Source of the DNA: Acidobacteriota bacterium
Lineage (GTDB): Bacteria > Acidobacteriota > Terriglobia > Acidiferrales > UBA7541
Assembly: GCA_003224105.1 (NCBI GenBank)
Contig: QHYL01000409.1
Span: forward strand, 1-43,856
Direction: 5' to 3'
Length of the DNA stretch: 43,856 bases
The notes beneath the pieces are model-generated. The model was not told where the DNA came from, ran no database searches, and was given only the letters and a program-made list of their open reading frames with translations. Shown here one piece after another: positions 1 through 8,277 of this stretch (position 1 is its first letter; every line of letters begins with the position of its first letter). The position numbers and the translations under genes are program-made.

Positions 1-1124
1 ATTTTGCGCATGTACCAGCGATAGAAGCGCTTGACGAATTTGTTGCCGGGACGGTGGACGCCTTCGAGGGAGGGGCGAACGGGGCGCTCGGCACAAAGGA
101 GAAGAAGTTCGCCGAGATGGCGCAACACGGGGAGTACAGCCACGACGCGAGAGAGGTAAAGGGCGCACTTGAGCGGAAGGCGGTGGAGAAACGGAAGTCT
201 GGGGCGGATGGGGCGGATACGAATCTTAGAAAAGAACGGAGCCGCTTCGCCGCGCATTCTTTCGACGTCGAAATGTTCGATAAAGATGCCGCTGGAATAA
301 CGGCGAGCGGTGGGAAGGCCTAGAAGGCGTCGGGTGAGGTCATCATTTTCGACGCTACCAACGTAATGGCCCTGGTCGGTGAGAGCTTCGGCGATGGTGT
401 GGTAGAGGGCCATGCGCTGTTCGCGAGAGTCGAGCGGAGTGGCGGAGAGGGCGCGGTCAAAGCTGCGAGGAGCGACGGAAAAATGGCTGGCATCGGCCTG
501 GACGAGGCCGACCATATGGCGGAGGTCTTCGCGGGAGTGAGAACCAGGAAGTTGATAGGTGGTGGGAGCGATGCCGGAGCGGAGCCGAGAGCCGAGAACG
601 CGCAGCGAGTTAAAGGAGAAGTCCACAGCCAGGACGGTGGCTCCCATCTGTGCCAGAAGCATGGTGAGTCTTCCGTCACCACAGCCAATTTCCAGAACCC
701 TGCGGCCAGCGGGACGCAATGCGTGGAGATGAGGGGGAATCTCGAGAAGGTCGCTTAAAAGAGAGCGCCAACCAAAAGGCGGTGGGATGAAAGGACCGAG
801 AGGGAGCTGCGCATTTTGCATGTCGCGCGTGGCCATTTCGTGCCGGTCTTCGCGCGTGAGATCGTGATGCATGAGGCGTGCGATTCCTTCCTCGATGGGA
901 TATTCGGCGTTGCAGGAGGTGCATTTCAGTATCCCTTGGACAACGCCGATGGAACCGCATTGCAACTCAGCAGCAAGGATAAGGTTACCGGCGTCATGGG
1001 GGCACCGCAGCAGATGGAATAAGTGGTGAGGAAATTCCGCTGGGGCGATTTGAAAATGACTTACCGTTGATTTAGACGGATAGCGGGCCGTCTGCGATTT
1101 GGCGGCGGTGTTTCCTTGGGCCAT
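1..1124 (-). CDS. Trm112-like domain fused to class I SAM-dependent methyltransferase (3'-truncated by window edge; absent from ORF track)
   Basis: Manual translation from ATG at 1124 (AGGAAG 6 nt upstream) is open for 374 codons to the edge: MAQGNT...LLRCPHD...LKCTSCNAEYPIEEGIARL (Trm112-like)...RRVLEIGCGDGRLT (SAM motif I)...VLAVDFS...VQADA. Confidence 0.85.
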   Translation of the reverse strand, partial: MAQGNTAAKSQTARYPSKSTVSHFQIAPAEFPHHLFHLLRCPHDAGNLILAAELQCGSIGVVQGILKCTSCNAEYPIEEGIARLMHHDLTREDRHEMATRDMQNAQLPLGPFIPPPFGWRSLLSDLLEIPPHLHALRPAGRRVLEIGCGDGRLTMLLAQMGATVLAVDFSFNSLRVLGSRLRSGIAPTTYQLPGSHSREDLRHMVGLVQADASHFSVAPRSFDRALSATPLDSREQRMALYHTIAEALTDQGHYVGSVENDDLTRRLLGLPTARRYSSGIFIEHFDVERMRGEAAPFFSKIRIRPIRPRLPFLHRLPLKCALYLSRVVAVLPVLRHLGELLLLCAERPVRPSLEGVHRPGNKFVKRFYRWYMRK

Positions 1125-1199
1125 GTTTGACTTCCTGGCATACCAACGCGCCTCACTTGTTGAGATTAGGCTGGGTCGTGCGGCGGCCGTACGGAACGG

Positions 1200-2474
1200 C
1201 TAGGGGATAGCTCCTGAGGGGACATGGGTAAAGCTTTTTTGCTTCCAGCGCAAGAAGGGGCTCTCCAACCAGCGATAGGAAATAACGGCGAGGAAGAAAG
1301 TCATGCCGAGGGCGAAGAGCCACGAGAGCGTTTGACTGAAGGAATGATGGTAATGCGCGAAGAGATTGGTAGAGAGCTGGAGCGCCAGGAGATGGAACGC
1401 GTAGAGGCCGTAGGAAATCTTGCCTAAATAAACGAGAAGAGGATTCTTCAGGAAAGACATGCCATCCTGAGCGGCTCCCAGCACGGACAAGAAGATGGCA
1501 GCGCCCCCCAGAGACATGAGCGGATAGCCGATCATACCTCGGGCTAGAGTAGGGACGGGATTGAGCAAGCCACAATAATAACCGACGAACGTCCACGCGG
1601 AAATGCCGAGGGCCAGGAAAGCAATTCTGGCTAGCAAGCCGAGGCTGAACGTGGAACGCCCGTGAAATGCGAGAGCCAGCAGTATTCCAAGGGCGATGGA
1701 ATCGAGCCGCGCAAAGCTGTTGAACCAAAGCGCGTCTCCGTGCACGTGGTGAAGAAGGAGCACGAGGCGAGCCGATGAGGCTACGACCAACAAGCCAATG
1801 GCGATATTACGAATGAGTTTCGCAGATGCTTTGCGAATGACGAGCGGCCAGAGCAGGTAAAATTGCTCTTCGAAGGAAACGCTCCATAGCGGCGCCATAA
1901 ATGTGGCTTGTTGGAAGCCATGAAAGACCATGACCCAATTGCCGGCGAAGAACAAAAAGCCCAGAGCGTAATTCCAACCGAAGACTTGATTGTGGTCAAA
2001 ACGCGTGGACAGAACAGCCAGAGCGATCATGAAAAAGTAAAGCGGCCAAATTCTGAGCAGCCGGCGAACATAAAACGCCTCTAGATCCACAGAGGTTCTT
2101 GCGTCCCGCTCGCGAAGCAGGAGTTCGGTAATCAAAAACGCGCTGAGAATGAAAAAGACGTCGAGGCTGCATATGCAAGCCTTGACGACGGTGGTGGCCA
2201 GGGAGGCAAGGACAGGCGGAAAGCGATGTTCGAGGAAGAAGGAGGCGTCGCGAGGAAGCGTGTGGTAACTCCACACACTAAAGAAGAGAAAGATTCGAAT
2301 GGCGTCCAACTCAGGGAAATAGAAACGCCCGGCATAGGCGGCAGAGCGGGGGGCCGACGAACCACTTTGTTGACCCAAGGGCTTGAGCTCAGCGCGTGGA
2401 AGGGGCGGGTAATCGAGGGACGCCACTTGCGTCATCGTGCTTGTGATCCTTTGGAGATTCTGGCGGTCGGCCAT
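1200..2474 (-). CDS. Acyltransferase family 3 (OafA/YrhL-like) membrane acyltransferase
   Basis: FPELDAIR, DVFFILSAFLI, FYVRRLLRIWPLY, LWSVSFEEQFY, LGKISYGLYAFH, SYRWLESPF motifs; multiple hydrophobic segments. Confidence 0.92.
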   Translation of the reverse strand: MADRQNLQRITSTMTQVASLDYPPLPRAELKPLGQQSGSSAPRSAAYAGRFYFPELDAIRIFLFFSVWSYHTLPRDASFFLEHRFPPVLASLATTVVKACICSLDVFFILSAFLITELLLRERDARTSVDLEAFYVRRLLRIWPLYFFMIALAVLSTRFDHNQVFGWNYALGFLFFAGNWVMVFHGFQQATFMAPLWSVSFEEQFYLLWPLVIRKASAKLIRNIAIGLLVVASSARLVLLLHHVHGDALWFNSFARLDSIALGILLALAFHGRSTFSLGLLARIAFLALGISAWTFVGYYCGLLNPVPTLARGMIGYPLMSLGGAAIFLSVLGAAQDGMSFLKNPLLVYLGKISYGLYAFHLLALQLSTNLFAHYHHSFSQTLSWLFALGMTFFLAVISYRWLESPFLRWKQKSFTHVPSGAIP

Positions 2475-2515
2475 TTTTCAGGAATGCGGAGGCGAATGAG
2501 TCCAATTGATGGCAA

Positions 2516-4060
2516 TTAGTTGGACTCCGGGACTAGCCTGATTTTGCGCCCCAACAGCAGAAGGACGTCTAGGCGGAAAGCGCGAAATGCCGGAATGGAG
2601 TCATTGCGCGACACAAACAATAGAGTCAGGGCGTAAACGAAACAGCCGGCCAGGGCCGTGAAGAGGAGGTCCGGCCAGGCATCCACGGCGAAAATGAAAC
2701 GGCACGCGAGGAATGTGGCGGCGGCCGGAAGAGATAGAAGACATGGTTTTACACATCCCTGAATCAAATAGTGACGAAGGGGAAGATCCAAGATACTGCA
2801 AAGGTGACGAGGAACCAGAACTAAACTGGTGAGGAGCAAAGTTATGGCCATGACGATGGCGAGACCCTGGAGACCGGCAATTGGCAGGGCCACGGCGCCG
2901 AGCACGGTGATGGAGAGTCCTTCGCCGAGACGGTACCAGAAGAGCTGTTTGTGACGCTCGATGCCAAACAGCATGGATTGCACACAGCATTGGGTGGCCG
3001 CCACGCCAACGCCCAGAGTGAGAAAAACCAAAAGGCGATACGCGACGGTGTATTGCGGGCCAACCCAGAGGGTGAGCAATTCTTTGCCAAAGATAAAGAG
3101 AAAAGCGGCGAAGGGAGCAAGCAGCAGGAAGGCGCTCTGAACGCTCATCTGAATGAGTTCGCGGAGCTTGGCGAAGTCGTTGCGGGCCTCGAGCTGGCTG
3201 GAAAGAGGATTCATGATCTCGGTCATAGTGCCGATGCCTTCTCCGGGAAAAGAGAGGATTTTCATGGGGAGAGCAAAAATGGTTACGGCGACAGGGGAGA
3301 GAAAACGAGCGATGAGTACGGGGTAAATGTAGCTGCGCATTCTTTCGGCGACGCCGACGCCAACGCTGATAGAGCCGTAGCGGAGCATGTTGCGAAAGAC
3401 GGACATGCGAATCCATTTGGGGTGAAGAGTAAAGCCGGGATGGGCGCGGAGGGCGAGAGGGACCTGAATACAATAGGAGAGCAATTGAGAAAGAATGGTG
3501 GTGGCGCCGACGGCGAATAATCCGCCGCCGGCGTGGAGTACATAAATGATTGCGACCACGCGAAGGACGAGGCACGTGACCGTTGTGAGGTAAACGTGAT
3601 CGAAACGTCCGGCGGCTTCCAGAGAGCTGGAAAAGACGATGAGAGGAAGCATGAGGCCTTGAACAAGGCCGGCAAGAAGGAAGAGCGATTTGAAGTCGGC
3701 GAGGACATTGTTGTGAATTGAGAAGAAGCGGGAAACCGGACCGACGGAAATGTGGGTGGCGAGAATGACGAGACAGCAGGCGCCAAGATAGTAGTAGAAC
3801 GCCGATGTGACGACTTCGTTAACGCTGTCCTGCTGGTCGAGTTCCCTGTGTTTGGAAACATAGCGAACGATGGCGGAGCGTACGCCGGCGTCCAAGAGGC
3901 CGTAGTAGCCGACCAGGTTGGTGGTTAATACCCAGACGCCAAAAGCTTCGTCGCCAAGGCGATGCAAAACATAGGGCGTCAGAAAAATGCCGACGCACGC
4001 ATTGGCAATGACGGCGACCCAACTGGTCGCCACAGCTCTAAGTACAAGAGAAAGGCGCAT
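2516..4060 (-). CDS. wzx: Polysaccharide flippase (Wzx / MOP superfamily)
   Basis: 514 aa, many TM segments, N-terminal LTPYVLHRLGDEAFGVW pattern typical of oligosaccharide flippases; EPS context. Confidence 0.82.
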   Translation of the reverse strand: MRLSLVLRAVATSWVAVIANACVGIFLTPYVLHRLGDEAFGVWVLTTNLVGYYGLLDAGVRSAIVRYVSKHRELDQQDSVNEVVTSAFYYYLGACCLVILATHISVGPVSRFFSIHNNVLADFKSLFLLAGLVQGLMLPLIVFSSSLEAAGRFDHVYLTTVTCLVLRVVAIIYVLHAGGGLFAVGATTILSQLLSYCIQVPLALRAHPGFTLHPKWIRMSVFRNMLRYGSISVGVGVAERMRSYIYPVLIARFLSPVAVTIFALPMKILSFPGEGIGTMTEIMNPLSSQLEARNDFAKLRELIQMSVQSAFLLLAPFAAFLFIFGKELLTLWVGPQYTVAYRLLVFLTLGVGVAATQCCVQSMLFGIERHKQLFWYRLGEGLSITVLGAVALPIAGLQGLAIVMAITLLLTSLVLVPRHLCSILDLPLRHYLIQGCVKPCLLSLPAAATFLACRFIFAVDAWPDLLFTALAGCFVYALTLLFVSRNDSIPAFRAFRLDVLLLLGRKIRLVPESN

Positions 4061-4066
4061 GAATCC

Positions 4067-5359
4067 TCAAGTGATTTGCGTTTGCTGTACAGCGGTGAGG
4101 CGGTTTTTCGATCGAAGCCGATTGTTCCGAAAATATTCGTGAATCAGCATTTCCATCTGTCTAGTACTTTTTCGGACGTCGAACAGCTCTTCGATTCTCT
4201 TGCGAGCATTCGTCCCCATGCGCTGGGCGAGTTCGTGCTCGTTGAGCAGGCGGAGAATGGCTGAGGAGAGGCAGTCAACGTCGCCGGGAGGAACGACAAA
4301 CCCGGTCACCCCATCGAGGGCGGCCTCGGTCAAGCCTCCGTTTTCAGAAACCACTGTGGGCTTGCCCATGGCCATGGCTTCGAGATGCGCAATACCAAGG
4401 CCCTCGAGCCAGGTGGTAGGACAATGCACAAAGAGGTCTGCGAGGGAGAGGATCTCCGGGATGTCCGTGCGCCAGCCTGTAAAAATGAAATAAGGGGAGA
4501 GTCCGAGGGCGTGGATCCGGGCTTTCAGGGTTTTCACTAACGAGTTGCTGATGCTGTTCTCGCCTTCTCCCACAACGAGGAAAACCACGTCTTTGTAGGA
4601 TTTGACAACAGACGCGGCCGCCTCTACAACCTCGCGGTGCCCTTTGCCCTCGACCAAACGGGAAACGCAAGCTACAACCTTCTTTCCCACGGAGATGCCC
4701 AACTCGTTTCGCAACTCCGAATTGTGAGAGCCGGGTACGTATCTTTTTAGGTCGACGCCTTCAAAAACGGTGGCCACTCTTTTTGTCCCCGGGTTGTTCT
4801 GCAACTGGTCTTGTGAAGTCGCTGCGGAGATGGCAATAAAGAGGTCAATCCAAGGAGTGAGGATTTTCTTGAGTCTCCTGGCCTCTCCGATGCCACCGGA
4901 CTTTCGGCAAACGCAAGGGAGGTGAGTCAGGCGCGCAGCCAAGGCTCCGACGCGATGATAGTGGACATCGTTATTCAGGATAATGAGGTCAATGTGATTT
5001 GTTTTCAGAATTCTCAAGAGTCTCCAGAGACGAAGAAGATCCAAAAGAAACAATTGAAGGATGAAGTGCAGCGCGACCTTGGCGAGGTGCAGCCAGGTCC
5101 AGCGGGACCTGCGTGCGAGGAGCTTTTCCTGGAGATAGTTATCAAGAGGCTGAGACCGGCTGAGAAAGAAAATCGGCAAGGCCATTTGCTGAACGGCCTT
5201 GGTGTCCGGAGAGGCATGAAGAGAGTAGAAAGCGACGAAAGGCTGGAATTGATCCTTATCCAGGTAGATTAAGAAATCGCGAAGGAAAGTAGCGTTGCCG
5301 CCGTAGCCGCCGCCGCTGTCGATGATCAGAATTCGATGACGGTCCGAGAATTGATTCAT
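4067..5359 (-). CDS. Glycosyltransferase family 4
   Basis: VSRLVEGKG, FTGWRTDIPEIL, EGLGIAHLEAMAMGKPTV (EX7E), G..VPPGD motifs. Confidence 0.92.
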   Translation of the reverse strand: MNQFSDRHRILIIDSGGGYGGNATFLRDFLIYLDKDQFQPFVAFYSLHASPDTKAVQQMALPIFFLSRSQPLDNYLQEKLLARRSRWTWLHLAKVALHFILQLFLLDLLRLWRLLRILKTNHIDLIILNNDVHYHRVGALAARLTHLPCVCRKSGGIGEARRLKKILTPWIDLFIAISAATSQDQLQNNPGTKRVATVFEGVDLKRYVPGSHNSELRNELGISVGKKVVACVSRLVEGKGHREVVEAAASVVKSYKDVVFLVVGEGENSISNSLVKTLKARIHALGLSPYFIFTGWRTDIPEILSLADLFVHCPTTWLEGLGIAHLEAMAMGKPTVVSENGGLTEAALDGVTGFVVPPGDVDCLSSAILRLLNEHELAQRMGTNARKRIEELFDVRKSTRQMEMLIHEYFRNNRLRSKNRLTAVQQTQIT

Positions 5360-5435
5360 GATTGTTCAGAGATATTCCACGAATTTATTGAGAGCACAAG
5401 ACCCAGCGCGACTCTCGGGGGCGAGTGAGAAAGGG

Positions 5436-6449
5436 CTAGGAGGAGGCCCGAAAGACGTTCTCTACATTTCCCACGTTTTCCACAAGGAGGGGGTGCAAGT
5501 GGAGATAGCGCGTGGCGTTTCGCTTGGAGTCGATAAGCCGATAGATGCGTTCGGCCTGCTCGACCGTTAAACCGGTGGCCGCGCCCGCTTCGTTTGCGGG
5601 AACCCCCTGATTACGAGCGTAGAGGCAGAGGTCCATTTTGTCGTAGGGAAGTGTGAAATAGAATTCTTCCTGAGACTGGTCGAGCGAGTAGGTATCGGTG
5701 GTGGGCTGGCGCTGCTGAATTTCGCGAGGGATGTTTAGATATTCCGCTAGCAGATACACTTGCGTTTTGTATAAGTGAGCGATCGGTTTGAGGTCGGCGG
5801 CGCCGTCGCCATTTTTGACAAAGAAGCCTTGTTCGTACTCCAAACGGTTGGGCGTGCCAACTACGGCATAGTTGAGACGATCCGCGTGGTAATACTCGAT
5901 CATTTTCCGCGTGCGCTGCTTGAAGTTGCTAGCGGCGACGATCCCTAAGAAGGCTTCTGGAGTAAGGCGGGCGCGGGTTTGAACGCCAGCCGGGGAGCGC
6001 ACGACAACGGAATAAAACGGGTAGGCCGGGGCATTCAGAAGATTTGGCATGACGATCTTGCATTTGTAGTTTTCGCCGTATTCGGGGAGGACGGTGCGTA
6101 TGGCTTCGTCACGGCGTTGATAACACCCGGCGGCCTGGAGAATCGGAGTGATGTTCTCGAGAACCGTTTTGATTCCCAGAGAATCGGCGACGAGCTGGCC
6201 CAGGTGCAGCGTGTCGGGAGAGGACTCAGCCTCCGGCATAAATAGGCCCAGCACGCGGTCAGCGCCCAGGGCGCGGACGCAGAGGGCCGCGGCGACGCTG
6301 CTGTCTATGCCGCCAGAGAGGCCGAGTACGACACCTTTGCGTTTTAGCTGGTGATGCAGGCAATCGCGAATACAGGCTTCGATCCGTTCGGCGACTTGGG
6401 GGGCGTCAATCTCCAAGACTTCGGGCGACAGTTTAGTTTGAATGTTCAT
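5436..6449 (-). CDS. nadE: NH3-dependent NAD+ synthetase-like protein (NadE paralogue with internal insertion)
   Basis: LGLSGGIDSS PP-loop, NFKQRTR, GTPNRLE..GFFVKNGDG.AD..PIAHLYKTQV; no glutaminase domain; start overlaps upstream stop (ATGA). Confidence 0.85.
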   Translation of the reverse strand: MNIQTKLSPEVLEIDAPQVAERIEACIRDCLHHQLKRKGVVLGLSGGIDSSVAAALCVRALGADRVLGLFMPEAESSPDTLHLGQLVADSLGIKTVLENITPILQAAGCYQRRDEAIRTVLPEYGENYKCKIVMPNLLNAPAYPFYSVVVRSPAGVQTRARLTPEAFLGIVAASNFKQRTRKMIEYYHADRLNYAVVGTPNRLEYEQGFFVKNGDGAADLKPIAHLYKTQVYLLAEYLNIPREIQQRQPTTDTYSLDQSQEEFYFTLPYDKMDLCLYARNQGVPANEAGAATGLTVEQAERIYRLIDSKRNATRYLHLHPLLVENVGNVENVFRASS

Positions 6450-8008
6450 TCACCGGCTCCCACGGGTACAGCAAGCTCACGCTTGCTGATTTTTCCGCTG
6501 GAAGTTTTGGGCAACGAATCGCGAAACTCGATGAACTTCGGCACCATGAAGTCCTCCAGATTGGCGGAGCAGTGGCGCTGGACGTCGCGTTCGGTGAGTT
6601 GAGCGCCATCGCGCAGAGTGATGACCGCTTTGATGGCTTGGCCTAGAATTTCGTCGGGGATGCCAACCACTGCGGCTTCGGCGATTCCCTCGAGGCCGTA
6701 CAAGACCTCTTCAACTTCCTTGGGACTGACTTTTTCGCCGCGAGTTTTGATGATGTCGTCTTTACGCGCGATAAAGTAGAGAAAGCCTTCTTCATCCATT
6801 TTGAAGAGATCGCCCGTATACAGGACGTTTTCTCCCGGGAGCGGGCCCGGCCGCAGGACCTTGTTTGTGGCATCGGGAGCCTCCCAATAACCCTTCATGA
6901 CGTTGGAGCCGCGAACCACAAGTTCACCGATGACGTTTGGCCCGACACGGCGGCCGTGGTCATCGACGATGTAAACCTCTTCGTTGGGCATGCCTCGGCC
7001 CACTGAGCTGGGCCGCACGTCGATTTGATCCGGCGGCAAGTAGGAGACGCGCTTGCATTCCGTGAGGCCATACATGGAATAGAGTTTGACGTGCGGAAAA
7101 AGATTCCGCAGTTGGAGGATGTGGTGAGTGGGCAAGGCCGCGGCGGTGTTGGTGATGTAGCGGAGGCTGGAAAAGTCAAAGTCTTGCAGATTGAGCTGAA
7201 GAAGGATGGCGGAGATGGTTGGAACGAGAGGAAAGCCAGTGACTCTCTCGCGAACCAGTTTCTCGATGACTGCGTAGGGGTAGGTGAAGGAACGTTCCAG
7301 AACGATCGTGGCACCGACCTTGAACGCCATCAAAACCTGATAGAGCCCATAATCGAAGGAGAGAGGGAGAACATTGAGAATGACGTCGTCGGCGGTGTTT
7401 TCGAGATAGGTGGTGATGGAAGTCGCCGCGGAAACGATGTTTAGATGCGTCAGCATGACGCCCTTGGGTTTGCCGGTCGAGCCGGAAGTGTAGATTAGAG
7501 CTGCTAAATCGATATCAATGCATTTCTTGGGAAGAGGCAGCTTCGAAAAGCGGGCGCCATTGAAGAGGTTTTCAAGAGAGAGTACTTTTAAGCGTCGGTC
7601 GTTGGGAGGAGTTGCATGCAATCCGGTGACGAAGAAGTGATTAAGAAAGGGAAGCTGCGCGCTGTATTTCTCTACGCCAGCATACTTTCGTGAATCCGTG
7701 ATAAGCGCCACGGCTCGGCAGTTATTCAAAATGTAGGCGAGCTTATCCGGTTTGGTCGTGGGATTCACCACAAGGAAGACCGCCCCCGCCTTTAATACAG
7801 CAAAGATGGACAATACGGCTTCGACGGAATTGTCCAGGTAGATGGCAACGCGGTCACCGCGCTCGACGCCATTTTCAATCAGCGCGTGGGCCAATTGGTT
7901 GGACTGCTCTTCGATTTCCCTGTAAGTCAGACGGCGCTCCTGACAAACCAAGGCGGTTTTGTCAGGACTCCGCTGAGCGCTCAGTTCAAGAAATTGTTCG
8001 ACCTGCAT
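6446..8008 (-). CDS. AMP-dependent acyl-CoA/acyl-carrier ligase (ANL superfamily)
   Basis: YTSGSTGKPKG, SFDYG, MYGLTE, YTGD, RKDDIIKTRGEKVSPKEVE, LPKTSSGK motifs. Confidence 0.93.
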   Translation of the reverse strand: MQVEQFLELSAQRSPDKTALVCQERRLTYREIEEQSNQLAHALIENGVERGDRVAIYLDNSVEAVLSIFAVLKAGAVFLVVNPTTKPDKLAYILNNCRAVALITDSRKYAGVEKYSAQLPFLNHFFVTGLHATPPNDRRLKVLSLENLFNGARFSKLPLPKKCIDIDLAALIYTSGSTGKPKGVMLTHLNIVSAATSITTYLENTADDVILNVLPLSFDYGLYQVLMAFKVGATIVLERSFTYPYAVIEKLVRERVTGFPLVPTISAILLQLNLQDFDFSSLRYITNTAAALPTHHILQLRNLFPHVKLYSMYGLTECKRVSYLPPDQIDVRPSSVGRGMPNEEVYIVDDHGRRVGPNVIGELVVRGSNVMKGYWEAPDATNKVLRPGPLPGENVLYTGDLFKMDEEGFLYFIARKDDIIKTRGEKVSPKEVEEVLYGLEGIAEAAVVGIPDEILGQAIKAVITLRDGAQLTERDVQRHCSANLEDFMVPKFIEFRDSLPKTSSGKISKRELAVPVGAGE

Positions 8009-8019
8009 CTCTTTAGTCC

Positions 8020-8277
8020 TCAGGAAGCATGCTGAAGTTTTGTCTCCAGGAACCTCACCAGGTTGTTGATGGAATCCAAGTTGTCGGGAACAAGTTCGCG
8101 ATCGTGGATTTTGATGTGGTATTTCTCTTCAAGAAACACGACCAATTCCAGAACGCCGGTGGAGTCGATGATGCCTTTGTCCAGGAAGGAGTCATCGTTG
8201 CGCAAGTTACCGTTGCCGTGGCCGAAGAGAAAGTTATCAATGACAAACTGCCGCAGTTCCTGCTGGATATTCTGCAT
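8020..8277 (-). CDS. Acyl carrier protein
   Basis: 85 aa acidic protein, GIIDSTGVLELV phosphopantetheine-Ser motif, PDNLDSI tail; lies between AsnB and the ligase. Confidence 0.92.
   Translation of the reverse strand: MQNIQQELRQFVIDNFLFGHGNGNLRNDDSFLDKGIIDSTGVLELVVFLEEKYHIKIHDRELVPDNLDSINNLVRFLETKLQHAS

Noticed and set aside
54-1022. Plus-strand ORFs 54-323, 366-758 and 816-1022
   Set aside because: Antisense shadows of the minus-strand methyltransferase; no recognisable motifs.
2601-3575. 324-aa Arg/Pro/His-rich alternative-frame ORF
   Set aside because: Out-of-frame overlap within the intact wzx; composition typical of frame artefacts.
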